Shown here piece by piece: positions 9,853-19,035 of a stretch of DNA of 64,000 nt. Positions within the stretch are counted from its first letter, which is position 1. Each line of letters opens with the position of its first letter. Origin of the DNA: Bdellovibrio sp. (GTDB lineage: Bacteria; Bdellovibrionota; Bdellovibrionia; Bdellovibrionales; Bdellovibrionaceae); assembly GCA_046318155.1 (NCBI GenBank), contig JBKCUU010000011.1, positions 1 to 64,000 on the forward strand. Direction: 5' to 3'. A program made the position numbers and the translations under genes. The notes below the pieces were generated by a model that was not told the DNA's origin, searched no databases, and was given only the letters and a program-made list of their open reading frames with translations.

Positions 9853-10248
9853 ATGATCACGTTACGAGTTATCCTTGTTTTCCTGACTCTTGCAACCGCA
9901 GCATCCTTTTCTCAGGCCCAAGAACCAAAAACGATCGACATCAACGACCCCACACACCTTGTCCGGCAAGGAGAAATCTTTACCGTCCGCATGGTGCCGG
10001 GTGATAAGACGACGACCTTTTACATTGCTGGTAACAAAGCCGCAGACATTAAATTTGATCGCTTGTCGGTTCGAGCAACGGCCTACGGCCCCGGCGGAAA
10101 AACCACCGAGCTGAGTTTCTTGCGTAAAGACAACGCTTTTGAAACCAACGGACTTCTTCGGGATACCGAAAGAGTTGAGTTTCAAATTAGGCAACCCAAG
10201 CCTGACCTCAAAGAAAATCTGGAGATCAAGATGCGCCGAGCGCCGTAA
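9853..10248 (+). CDS. Exported hypothetical protein
   Basis: AAGGAG RBS; signal peptide ending SQA. Confidence 0.65.
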   Translation: MITLRVILVFLTLATAASFSQAQEPKTIDINDPTHLVRQGEIFTVRMVPGDKTTTFYIAGNKAADIKFDRLSVRATAYGPGGKTTELSFLRKDNAFETNGLLRDTERVEFQIRQPKPDLKENLEIKMRRAP

Positions 10249-10405
10249 CCTTCGACACGTCATCTTCGGCAAAGGCCTATGGGATCTTTTTTGAATCGGA
10301 AGAGGAGCGCTGAGTCCAGTCGTTTCGAGTCAGAAGCTTGATGCTTTCGGTGTGAGGATCGAAAACGATCTTGACGTCGCCGCGAGCAAGCTGTTGATTC
10401 GCGAA

Positions 10406-11041
10406 TTACTGAATGGTGATCCAAGTTTGCGAAATGCCGAATTGGCGAACCAAACGATTGAATTTGTAACCTTTGTCGGGATGAACACGGATGCAGCCAT
10501 GAGAAGCGCGAGTGCCCAAACGGGCAAAGTTGCCTTCAGTCGTTCCATGGATTGCGAAACCACCTTCGATAAAAACAGCGTAAGGCATGTTGCCCAAGCC
10601 GCGGTAGTCACCCTCGGGGTATTTCGTCGACGTGTAACGGTCATAAATACGTCCGTTCGGACGCCGGTCAAAAGAAGGGGTGCTATGGCCAGGCGCGCCA
10701 GACGACACCAAGAAAGAATCGATCTGTTGGCCATTCAAGTACAAGTACATGCGCTGTTCGGCCAAAGAAACATACGCATAAACAGGGCAACCTTGACGGT
10801 AGCAAGACGCTGCAAAGAGCAGATTCAGCTGAGGCAAGATCGTGGGTTGGCCCATTTCGTCTTGATAGATTTGATCGAATTCGTTCAAAACTCTTTCGAT
10901 ATGAGGGTCAAAGGGGTTGATCTCATCAGAGACGCTCGGGGAATCATCGATTGATTCCGTCGCCCAAGCCAGTTGAGGCGCCGCTGCCGAGGAAGCAACC
11001 ACAACAAAAAGACCAAGTAAAAAATGTGTCATCATAAGCAT
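10406..11041 (-). CDS. L,D-transpeptidase (YkuD family)
   Basis: MPYAVF, AIHG, SHGCIR motifs; signal peptide. Confidence 0.9.
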   Translation of the reverse strand: MLMMTHFLLGLFVVVASSAAAPQLAWATESIDDSPSVSDEINPFDPHIERVLNEFDQIYQDEMGQPTILPQLNLLFAASCYRQGCPVYAYVSLAEQRMYLYLNGQQIDSFLVSSGAPGHSTPSFDRRPNGRIYDRYTSTKYPEGDYRGLGNMPYAVFIEGGFAIHGTTEGNFARLGTRASHGCIRVHPDKGYKFNRLVRQFGISQTWITIQ

Positions 11042-11138
11042 TTTACTCCGCGGGAATTGCGTGATGACGCTTGCTAACGAAGATCATGACCATATGCAAG
11101 TCTAGTGCGCCGCATTAGGTTTGGGGATGTTTGCAAGT

Positions 11139-11423
11139 TTAGCGAGCGCGCAGCTTGCGAACTTGCTTTTTACCGATCGCGATCTGTTCAGCCGCGTTCT
11201 TGCGAAAGTCTGACAGCAAGATATCTATCATCGCCGCTTCCTCTAAGCCGAGGATCACAATGAGTTTTCCTAAAATTTCCAAGGGAACTTTTGAGACATT
11301 TCGTTCCATCAGATAAACAAACTGTGGACTGGAATAGCCAAGGGCTTTGGCGAGTTCCAATTGTGTCAGCCCCTTTTCTAGGCGGGCATCTCGAATTGCG
11401 TTCCCTAAAAAGATTTTTTCCAT
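11139..11423 (-). CDS. XRE-family HTH transcriptional regulator
   Basis: IRDARLEKGLTQLELAKALGYSSPQFVYLMER; start moved to ATG 11423. Confidence 0.8.
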   Translation of the reverse strand: MEKIFLGNAIRDARLEKGLTQLELAKALGYSSPQFVYLMERNVSKVPLEILGKLIVILGLEEAAMIDILLSDFRKNAAEQIAIGKKQVRKLRAR

Positions 11424-11557
11424 AGTTCGTTTAACATGGCCTGCAACTGCTGCGCTTGTCAATTAACAAAGCATGGCCCTAAACAGAACGGACGAGGTCC
11501 ATCGTTGAACTCTGCATGACATTGATTGTGCTATTTTTGCTCAAGCAGGGGGCATCC

Positions 11558-12562
11558 TTAGCGAACCAAGCCGACGGCCTTGTAAACGTTGTCGAGAGTG
11601 CCTCGTGCTCTTATTTGCGCCCGTTCTGCACCTTCTTTTAACAGGGCATCAAGATGATCACGATTTTTCATCAGCTCGTCGTACTTTTCTCTCACGGGCT
11701 TGAGCGTCTCGACGACGAGATCTGCCAAATCAACTTTTAAGTGTCCATACATTTTGCCGGCATAATCCTGTTCAAGCTGGTCCATTGTTTTTTGGCTCAG
11801 AACTGAATAGATCGTCAAAAGATTTGCGAGCCCAGGTTTGTTTTCGGCATCAAAGCGGATTTCAGTTCCCGAGTCCGTTGTTGCTGACTTAATTTTTTTT
11901 TCAATGTTCTTGGCGTCATCGATGATTGAAATAAAATTTTTTTGGTTCTCATCTGACTTTGACATCTTCTTTTCGGGGTCTTGCAGAGCCATAATCCGAG
12001 CCCCCATTTTTCCGATAAAGGGCTGAGGCATCTTAAAAATTCCTGAGCCATACCGATTCTCAAAAAAACCAACCAGATCCCGGCACAGTTCGATATGTTG
12101 TTTTTGATCTTCACCAACAGGCACCATGTCAGCCTGGTAAAGCAAGATGTCCGCCGCCATTAAGACGGGATAGGTGTAAAGACCGGCATTGATGTTTTTG
12201 ATGTTTTTCTCGGACTTCTCTTTGAACTGGGTCATGCGGTTTAAGTAACCCATGGGTGCGAGGCACATCAAAATCCAAGCCAATTCGGCGTGCTCATGCA
12301 CCTGGGACTGAGCAAAGATAATGTTCTTTTTAGGGTCAAGCCCCAAAGCCAAGTACTGGGCAAAAAAACTTGAGGTTCGTTCACGTAAAACTTTGGGGTC
12401 TTGATAAACCGTCAAGGCATGAAGGTCGGCCAAAAAGTAAAGGCAGTTGTACTCATCTTGCAACTGTCTCCAGTTATTGATGGCGCCAATGTAATTGCCA
12501 AGAGTCAGGTCGCCCGTGACCGTGCTGCCGCTCAGAATCGTTTTTTTGCTCGTTTGGTTCAC
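11558..12562 (-). CDS. trpS: Tryptophanyl-tRNA synthetase
   Basis: TLGNY (HIGH-like), YPVLMAADIL, VPVGEDQKQH, KMSKS. Confidence 0.97.
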   Translation of the reverse strand: MNQTSKKTILSGSTVTGDLTLGNYIGAINNWRQLQDEYNCLYFLADLHALTVYQDPKVLRERTSSFFAQYLALGLDPKKNIIFAQSQVHEHAELAWILMCLAPMGYLNRMTQFKEKSEKNIKNINAGLYTYPVLMAADILLYQADMVPVGEDQKQHIELCRDLVGFFENRYGSGIFKMPQPFIGKMGARIMALQDPEKKMSKSDENQKNFISIIDDAKNIEKKIKSATTDSGTEIRFDAENKPGLANLLTIYSVLSQKTMDQLEQDYAGKMYGHLKVDLADLVVETLKPVREKYDELMKNRDHLDALLKEGAERAQIRARGTLDNVYKAVGLVR

Positions 12563-12726
12563 AGCATGATTATCGAGCGATCAAAAATGATTGTGAAGGT
12601 CATTCCTCTATGCTGCAAAGTGACATAAGGCACTCGAGATCTTGAAGGCCCGAAGAGTGGCGAAGGGGTTCAAAAAGGGATTCATTTGTTTGACTCTGCC
12701 CTGCTTAAGACTGAGGCTCGGGCCCT

Positions 12727-13992
12727 ATGAAGACCCAGAAACCTATGCAATTGAACTCCACGTTCTGGAGTGATTTTGCTAAAAATATTTGGGAACGTAA
12801 ACCCTTGGTTCTGCGTGATGTTCAGTCGTCTTTACTCGAAATCAATGAAGACGAAATTTTTGCCTTGCTCGTCAGTTATGCGGACCGCTGCCGCAAAGCT
12901 AAAAACTCCGAAGGTTTCAAATTTTTTGTCGAGGGAATCAGAGCTCACGATTATGATGTTCTTCAAGTCTTGCCAGTTAAAAATGACAAATCCTTGCGGG
13001 GTTATCATGCCCGGATGAACGTGTTGTTCACCGACTACTGCCTGGTTTGCGACGAACTCTTGCAGGTCAATCTTGAAAAACAAGCCCGGCTTAAGCAATT
13101 TACTGATGAATTGTACCGACATGTCGGTTTTCCGAACCGGTTTGCCGAGATGGGATTGTACCTGGGTAATTATCAGCGGACGCCCTTCGGTGTTCATGTC
13201 GACAGCTGCGGAGTCTTTAGTTTACCAGTGACGGGGACAAAGACTTTTCGGCTTTGGACGACGGAGTTTGTTAAGAAGAATCCGACGCTCGATCGCGCTT
13301 TTGATTATGCAAAATTCAAAAAGAACTCAAAGGTGATGACAGCAAAGCCCGGCGATATGGTTTACTGGCCGTCGTCGGCTTATCATATCGCTGAATCCGA
13401 TGGTGAGTTTAGCGCGACCTGGAGCCTTGGCATTTGGCTGGACCAGACTCATCAGCAGCAAGTGTCCGAAGCTCTTCAGACCTTGTTGAACGAGAAGATC
13501 GGTGATTTGTGTTTTGCTCCGACCATGCCCTTCAAGAAGCTTCACCGGAAAGACGGTCAAGTCGATCAACTCCCAGATCAATACTTGCAGACGATCAAAG
13601 CTCTGCAAAGCCTGACTTCGCGCCAGCTCAAAACCGCGTTCTTAAAAACATGGATGAGGCACATCTCAACTCAAGGATTTAAGGTGCTTCCGGTTCGACC
13701 TGCCAAGTTGAGCGCCAGATCCACCATCTGGCTGAGTCAAGCGACGAGCCCTGTGCTTTGGTTTGAGTCCAAAGATGAAGACGGAGAGAAGTCAAAAACC
13801 TATCTCAGTTTTGGCGGTCAATTGATCGAGACAAAACGCTCACGTGAACTTTTAAAGATGATTAAAGATTTGAATGCACAAAAAGGCTGTTTGGTTGGTG
13901 CTTATCTCAATAGACCCGGCAGCCGAGGGGCTCTTGCCAGCTTGCAGGCTCTTGCGGAGGCGGGAGCCTTTCGTTTGAGCTCTCCAAAGTAG
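12727..13992 (+). CDS. JmjC/cupin-domain 2-oxoglutarate-Fe(II) oxygenase-like protein
   Basis: WERKP, PFGVHVD (HxD), GTKTFRLW, PGDMVYWPSSAYH. Confidence 0.75.
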   Translation: MKTQKPMQLNSTFWSDFAKNIWERKPLVLRDVQSSLLEINEDEIFALLVSYADRCRKAKNSEGFKFFVEGIRAHDYDVLQVLPVKNDKSLRGYHARMNVLFTDYCLVCDELLQVNLEKQARLKQFTDELYRHVGFPNRFAEMGLYLGNYQRTPFGVHVDSCGVFSLPVTGTKTFRLWTTEFVKKNPTLDRAFDYAKFKKNSKVMTAKPGDMVYWPSSAYHIAESDGEFSATWSLGIWLDQTHQQQVSEALQTLLNEKIGDLCFAPTMPFKKLHRKDGQVDQLPDQYLQTIKALQSLTSRQLKTAFLKTWMRHISTQGFKVLPVRPAKLSARSTIWLSQATSPVLWFESKDEDGEKSKTYLSFGGQLIETKRSRELLKMIKDLNAQKGCLVGAYLNRPGSRGALASLQALAEAGAFRLSSPK

Positions 13993-14002
13993 CCCTGCCG
14001 GA

Positions 14003-14614
14003 TTAGAACTTGAAAAAGAGGTGCGAGACGAGCGCGTACATGCCGGCAACGGTCAACGTGCGCCGAATCCAGATTGTCTTTTGGGGAGACGCTTTGCTAA
14101 GTCCTTTTACAAAATAAAAATGAATCGCGCTGAGTGCGGGAAGTGAGCTGATCCAAAGAACGAAGAGGATCAACGCGCCCGAGTAGGGCGATCCCGTTGC
14201 CGCAGCAGCCGCCAAAAACGTCCAAAGCCATGCGCAAGGAAGTAAAACGCTGCAAAGGCCCAGCACGCCTCCACCAGTTTTTGAGTTCACCAAGAATCTG
14301 TAGAGTCGTCCCATTCCAGGCGGTGCCAGCTGCTTGAGCGGCCAAACAAACGAATGAATGAAATACGCGCTTAAGAATAAACCCAGTAAAATTTTTGGAG
14401 CCAGTCGCTCTGAGAACAGAATATTTTGACCGACAGAGCCGATCAAGGCGCCTGCTCCCATGTAAGAAATCCCTCGGCCTAAATGGTAAGGCCAAATAGA
14501 GCCTTTGTTCGCAATGGCGGCCGCAATAGGTCCGCACATCGCGGCACAGTGCCAGCTACCAAAAACGGCAGCGCTTAAGATTGTCAGCAAAAGAGCAGGG
14601 GTCTCTGCGGTCAT
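14003..14614 (-). CDS. cbb3-associated DsbD_2/TauE-like membrane protein
   Basis: HCAAMCGP, YHLGR, LPC motifs; last gene of the cco operon. Confidence 0.8.
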   Translation of the reverse strand: MTAETPALLLTILSAAVFGSWHCAAMCGPIAAAIANKGSIWPYHLGRGISYMGAGALIGSVGQNILFSERLAPKILLGLFLSAYFIHSFVWPLKQLAPPGMGRLYRFLVNSKTGGGVLGLCSVLLPCAWLWTFLAAAAATGSPYSGALILFVLWISSLPALSAIHFYFVKGLSKASPQKTIWIRRTLTVAGMYALVSHLFFKF

Positions 14615-16017
14615 CGGCTTGGTCCTAAAAGTCGATAGCTTTTTTGCACCTGAAAAGGAAGCTCTGCAATTTGGTTCTCGATTTTTATCTTGATCAAGTT
14701 CTCGCCATGCTCGTCCAAGATATCTCTTTGAAAACGAATAAAGAGATGCACGGCACGATCTTCGCCAGGCAAAAGCGGGAGAGGGTTCACGGCAGTGGTC
14801 AGCTCAAGCTCTCCGGCGCTTTCTGAACGAGCTGATATTCTTAGGAGCGTCTTCTGCCCCGTCTGGTTTTTAAGATGAAGCTTCAGGTGATTGATGAAGC
14901 CCGGCTGACCATCGGTCCCGCTGAGTTCCTGGTAAAGTTCGCCGGGCACGCGCAAAACGACCATGTCGACGGGTGAACGGATCGCAATCGAGATGCTCAG
15001 GCCCGCGGTTAAGAGGACGAGGAGGGCAAGATAAAGCAAGGCGCGCGGACTTTTTAAGGTCCATCCTTTGCCATCAAGACTTGCCAGACGAATCAGTTTC
15101 TTTGGCTTTTGCACTTTGGTCATGATTTCATCACAAGCATCCATGCAGGCCGTGCAATTGATGCATTCCATTTGCAGACCTTGGCGAATGTCGATTCCGG
15201 TTGGGCAAACTTCCACGCAGCGATTGCAGGCGACGCAGTCTCCTTGTTTTTTCTCAGGGGCAATGAGACCTCGGCGAGGTTCTCCGCGCGACTCATCATA
15301 AAGAACTGCGAGCGATTTGCGATCCATCAAAAGGCCTTGGAATCGACCGTAGGGACACATGATGATGCAAAATTGTTCTCGGAACCATGCAAAATCAAAG
15401 AGAATCAACAAAGTCACAGCACTGATCATGACAAAATAAGACCAATTGGCTGTCGGCGATCCGTACATCATTCGTAAAAGCCGGTCGCCGCCAACAAAGT
15501 ACGCGGCAAAACTGTGAGCGATGAGCGAAGACGTCAAAACAAAAAGAATCCACTTCAAAACCTTACGAGCAAAGCCGATTGGACTTAAGGGTGAGCGAGC
15601 CATTTTTCGGCGTTCAAGATAGTTTCCCTCGGTCCAGAATTCGATCCGACGAAAGACGCCATCGATGAACACGGTTTGCGGGCAGGCCCAACCGCACCAG
15701 ACACGGCCCCAGACGGCCGTCATAAAAGCAAGGCCAATGGCCAAAGTCGCAATTAAGAAAAAGATGAGCGGTGCATCGTGCGCGTACAGTTCTAATCCAA
15801 AGAACAAAAAACGCCGTGCACCCACATCAAGGAGGATGGCCTGCTGCCCACCGATTGGGATCCAAGGAAGAAACAAGAATATAAAAATTAAGACCGCCTG
15901 AACCTGAGTGCGCCGCCGGCGGTAGAACCCGCGGACCTCGCCCGGAATCATCTGCTTTCGATGACCGTGATCATCCAAGCTCGAGAGTCGTTCAGGATCG
16001 AGGCCTCGATTTGTCAT
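14611..16017 (-). CDS. ccoG: Cytochrome c oxidase accessory protein CcoG
   Basis: GRVWCGWACPQ, CIIMCPYGRFQ, CxxCxxCxxxCP ferredoxin motifs. Confidence 0.95.
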   Translation of the reverse strand: MTNRGLDPERLSSLDDHGHRKQMIPGEVRGFYRRRRTQVQAVLIFIFLFLPWIPIGGQQAILLDVGARRFLFFGLELYAHDAPLIFFLIATLAIGLAFMTAVWGRVWCGWACPQTVFIDGVFRRIEFWTEGNYLERRKMARSPLSPIGFARKVLKWILFVLTSSLIAHSFAAYFVGGDRLLRMMYGSPTANWSYFVMISAVTLLILFDFAWFREQFCIIMCPYGRFQGLLMDRKSLAVLYDESRGEPRRGLIAPEKKQGDCVACNRCVEVCPTGIDIRQGLQMECINCTACMDACDEIMTKVQKPKKLIRLASLDGKGWTLKSPRALLYLALLVLLTAGLSISIAIRSPVDMVVLRVPGELYQELSGTDGQPGFINHLKLHLKNQTGQKTLLRISARSESAGELELTTAVNPLPLLPGEDRAVHLFIRFQRDILDEHGENLIKIKIENQIAELPFQVQKSYRLLGPSR

Positions 16018-16018
16018 T

Positions 16019-16579
16019 CTACCTTGCCTTGTTTCCTTGCGGAGCTTTTGCCCCGGGTGGATTTGAGTCTTGCTTGCTCAGAATCAGGGCGGTGAGCGAG
16101 AGGATCTCTTTTTGGTCGAGCATGCTTTCCCAAGGCGGCATGCCTTTGTCAGGGACTCCTTTTTTAATCATCTGCAAGATATCAGCTCGTGATCCCTTCC
16201 CATGAATCCAATAAGCATCCGTGAGGTTCGGTCCGATGCCGCCTTGAAGTTCGGGACCGTGGCAGGCGGCACACTTTCCCGTAAAGGCAACGAGTCCGCC
16301 CGCAGCCAATTGTGGATCCTTGAGCATCACTTCGAGCTCTTCTTCGCTGAGTTCTTTTGTCACAACTTGGTGGTTTTGAGCCTGCAGCGCGAGCATGGCT
16401 TGCTTCAATTCGGCTTGTAATGTAGGCCCACCACCAATTTCATAGTGAAGCCAGTAAATGAAAGCAAAAATGATCGTTCCAAAAAAAGTCATCAACCACC
16501 AATTTGGCAGTGGATTGTCAAACTCCTGAATGCCGTCATACTCGTGATCTGTCAGTTGATCATTATCTTGCGGAGTCAT
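16019..16579 (-). CDS. ccoP: cbb3-type oxidase subunit III (mono-heme)
   Basis: HEYDGIQEFDNPLPNWW; single CAACH; GPNLTD. Confidence 0.92.
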   Translation of the reverse strand: MTPQDNDQLTDHEYDGIQEFDNPLPNWWLMTFFGTIIFAFIYWLHYEIGGGPTLQAELKQAMLALQAQNHQVVTKELSEEELEVMLKDPQLAAGGLVAFTGKCAACHGPELQGGIGPNLTDAYWIHGKGSRADILQMIKKGVPDKGMPPWESMLDQKEILSLTALILSKQDSNPPGAKAPQGNKAR

Positions 16580-16745
16580 TTTGTTTTTCCTCGTTAAATA
16601 GAGAATGAGAGAGTGCCGCGTATTTGGCTTTGTTCATTTTTAAACCGGTCCACCAAAGAACGCCAAAAAAGACGGTTAGAAACAAACAAAGCCCAACGAT
16701 CGTCAGAGGGATGTCGGTGTAGTGAGCAAAGGCGAGGGCTTTCAC
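16563..16745 (-). CDS. ccoQ: cbb3-type oxidase subunit IV
   Basis: 60-aa single-TM protein between ccoNO and ccoP. Confidence 0.75.
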   Translation of the reverse strand: MKALAFAHYTDIPLTIVGLCLFLTVFFGVLWWTGLKMNKAKYAALSHSLFNEEKQNDSAR

Positions 16746-18868
16746 TTTTGGCCTCCTTGTGCGGGGTTCGATTTTTGTCCCAAAGCTTGCAAATAAGCGA
16801 TCAAGGCAACGATTTGTTTTTTCTCGAGACCCTGAGGTGCCCCTTGTTCGGCCAACTCTTGTGCGATGATGGCCGCTTCTTTTTGCGCAAGAATATCGGC
16901 ATTGGCGACAGTTTCATCCGAGTAGGGAGTGCCCAGTTGTTTGAGCACCGAGAATTTGCGGCGAAGACCGACAAAATCCGTGTCTTTCGCGACGAGCCAG
17001 GGATAGGCAGGCATAATTGATTTCTCGATGATCGCGCGAGGATCCAGCATATGGCGGTAGTGCCAAAGGTGCGGGTACTTTTTGCCGACTCTGGCAAGAT
17101 CGGGACCTGTGCGTTTTGATCCCCATTGAAAGGGGCGATCCCACATCGATTCTTCGATGGTTGAAGGTTCACCAAATCGAAGAACGTCAAAGGAAAGTTG
17201 GCGGATTTGCTGACTGTGGCAATTGTAGCAGCCTTCTTTGACATAAATATCGCGGCCCGCTTGCTCAAGCGGAGTCCAAGGCTGAGTTGCCTTTTCGAAA
17301 GTAACATAAGCCTTTAAGTTTAAGATTGGAAAAATCGAAATCACAGAGGCCACTGCGACCGCGACAAATGTAAGAACCGAAAAAACGGTGGCCAATCCCT
17401 CCAGTCGTCGGTGGCCTGATTCTGCAAGTTGAGGGACGGGTCCTGCCACTTGAATGGATCCATTAATCACGGGTTGGTGGCGAATGGCTTTGACCACATT
17501 GATGACCATGAGAACAAATCCAGCTATGTATAGAGTACCGGCGAGGGCTCGAACCCAGTAAAGAGGAACGATGCGCATGACGGTCTCGACAAAGTCAGGA
17601 TAGACAAGTTTGCCTTCGGGATTCAGGGCCTGCCACATCAATCCTTGTGTGATGCCCGCAGAAACCATCGAGACGTAGTAAAGAATAACTCCTAGCAGGG
17701 CGAGCCAAAAGTGCCATTCACAGAGTTTTTTCGACAGTTTATCAGTCTGCCACAGGCGCGGAATGAGGTAATAAGCCATGCCGAAGGCGAGCATGCCATT
17801 CCAACCCAGGGCGCCGCCGTGAACGTGGCCCACGATCCAATCCGTGTAATGTCCCAGCGAGCTGACGGATTTGATCGAGAGTAGTGGGCCTTCGAACGTC
17901 GCCATCCCGTAAAAAGTGATCGCGGCAACAAAAAACTTGATGATCGGTTCTGTTCGAAGCAAGTGCCAGGCACCGCGAAGGGTGAGCAAACCATTGATCA
18001 TGCCACCCCAGCTTGGAGCCCAAAGCATGATCGAGAAAACCATCCCCACAGTTTGAGCCCAATCAGGCATCGACGTGTAGAGCAAATGATGGGGGCCGGC
18101 CCAAATGTAGATGAACACAAGAGCCCAAAAATGAATAATCGAAAGTCGATAAGAGTAGACGGGGCGATTCGCGGCCTTTGGAACGTAGTAGTACATGAGG
18201 CCCAAAAACGGGGTGGTGAGAAAAAAGGCGACGGCATTATGGCCATACCACCACTGAATCAGCGCATCCTGAATACCAGCCCAAACAGGATAACTTTGAG
18301 TGAGACTGACCGGGATTTCGATTGAGTTGACGATGTGGAGAATGGCCACGGTGATAATGGTCGCGATGTAAAACCACAGTGCGACGTACAAATGCCGTTC
18401 ACGTCTGCGCGCAATCGTGCCAAAAAAATTCACTGCAAAGACGACCCAGATGACGGTAATGGCGATGTCGATGGGCCATTCAAGTTCGGCGTACTCTTTT
18501 GACTGAGTGTAGCCGAGCGGTAACGAAATGGCCGCTGCCAAGATGATGAGCTGCCAGCCCCAAAAGTGGATTTTACTCAAGAGGTCGTTGAACATCCGAG
18601 CTTTGAGAAGCCGCTGGCTCGAGTGATAGATGCCGGCAAAGATCGCGTTACCCGCAAAGGCAAAGATCGCGGCATTCGTGTGGAGAGGGCGCAGCCGCCC
18701 GAAGGTGATCCACTCCAAATTCATGTTCAAGGGCCAATAGGCGAGCTGAAGAGCAGCTAAGAGTCCGGCCGCAAACGCGGCTGCCGCCCAGAAAATCATG
18801 GCCAGCAAAAAGTAGCGCACGACCTTATCATCAAAAGTTACCGTTTGTGTGGATCCTAGGGGGTTCAC
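16742..18868 (-). CDS. ccoNO: cbb3-type cytochrome c oxidase fused subunits I/II
   Basis: RLRPLHT, WWYGHN, GPHH, HVH (subunit I); EGCYNCHSQ, WGSKRTGPDL (subunit II). Confidence 0.97.
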   Translation of the reverse strand: MNPLGSTQTVTFDDKVVRYFLLAMIFWAAAAFAAGLLAALQLAYWPLNMNLEWITFGRLRPLHTNAAIFAFAGNAIFAGIYHSSQRLLKARMFNDLLSKIHFWGWQLIILAAAISLPLGYTQSKEYAELEWPIDIAITVIWVVFAVNFFGTIARRRERHLYVALWFYIATIITVAILHIVNSIEIPVSLTQSYPVWAGIQDALIQWWYGHNAVAFFLTTPFLGLMYYYVPKAANRPVYSYRLSIIHFWALVFIYIWAGPHHLLYTSMPDWAQTVGMVFSIMLWAPSWGGMINGLLTLRGAWHLLRTEPIIKFFVAAITFYGMATFEGPLLSIKSVSSLGHYTDWIVGHVHGGALGWNGMLAFGMAYYLIPRLWQTDKLSKKLCEWHFWLALLGVILYYVSMVSAGITQGLMWQALNPEGKLVYPDFVETVMRIVPLYWVRALAGTLYIAGFVLMVINVVKAIRHQPVINGSIQVAGPVPQLAESGHRRLEGLATVFSVLTFVAVAVASVISIFPILNLKAYVTFEKATQPWTPLEQAGRDIYVKEGCYNCHSQQIRQLSFDVLRFGEPSTIEESMWDRPFQWGSKRTGPDLARVGKKYPHLWHYRHMLDPRAIIEKSIMPAYPWLVAKDTDFVGLRRKFSVLKQLGTPYSDETVANADILAQKEAAIIAQELAEQGAPQGLEKKQIVALIAYLQALGQKSNPAQGGQK

Positions 18869-18873
18869 GTGAT

Positions 18874-19035
18874 TCAGTCCTTTCCCAAGGTGGGGTTTTC
18901 GTTTTTAAGTATTCGGTGAGCAGGGGTTTCGGCGTCGTCAAACTGGCCATCGCCAACGCCAAAGAGAAACGCGGCCAAAAATCCAAAGCCCATCAGGAGT
19001 GCCATCGGGATCATAAGAATAAGGATGACACTCAT
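18874..19035 (-). CDS. ccoS: cbb3 oxidase maturation protein (53 aa, absent from the ORF track)
   Basis: Hand translation MSVILILMIPMALLMGFGFLAAFLFGVGDGQFDDAETPAHRILKNENPTLGKD; GQFDD...PA.RIL signature; overlaps ccoI stop. Confidence 0.9.
   Translation of the reverse strand: MSVILILMIPMALLMGFGFLAAFLFGVGDGQFDDAETPAHRILKNENPTLGKD

Noticed and set aside
10352..10954. 200-aa plus-strand ORF (likewise 4215-4727, 37550-38107, 49934-50494, 52395-52925)
   Set aside because: Antisense shadows of well-supported genes, with no motifs.
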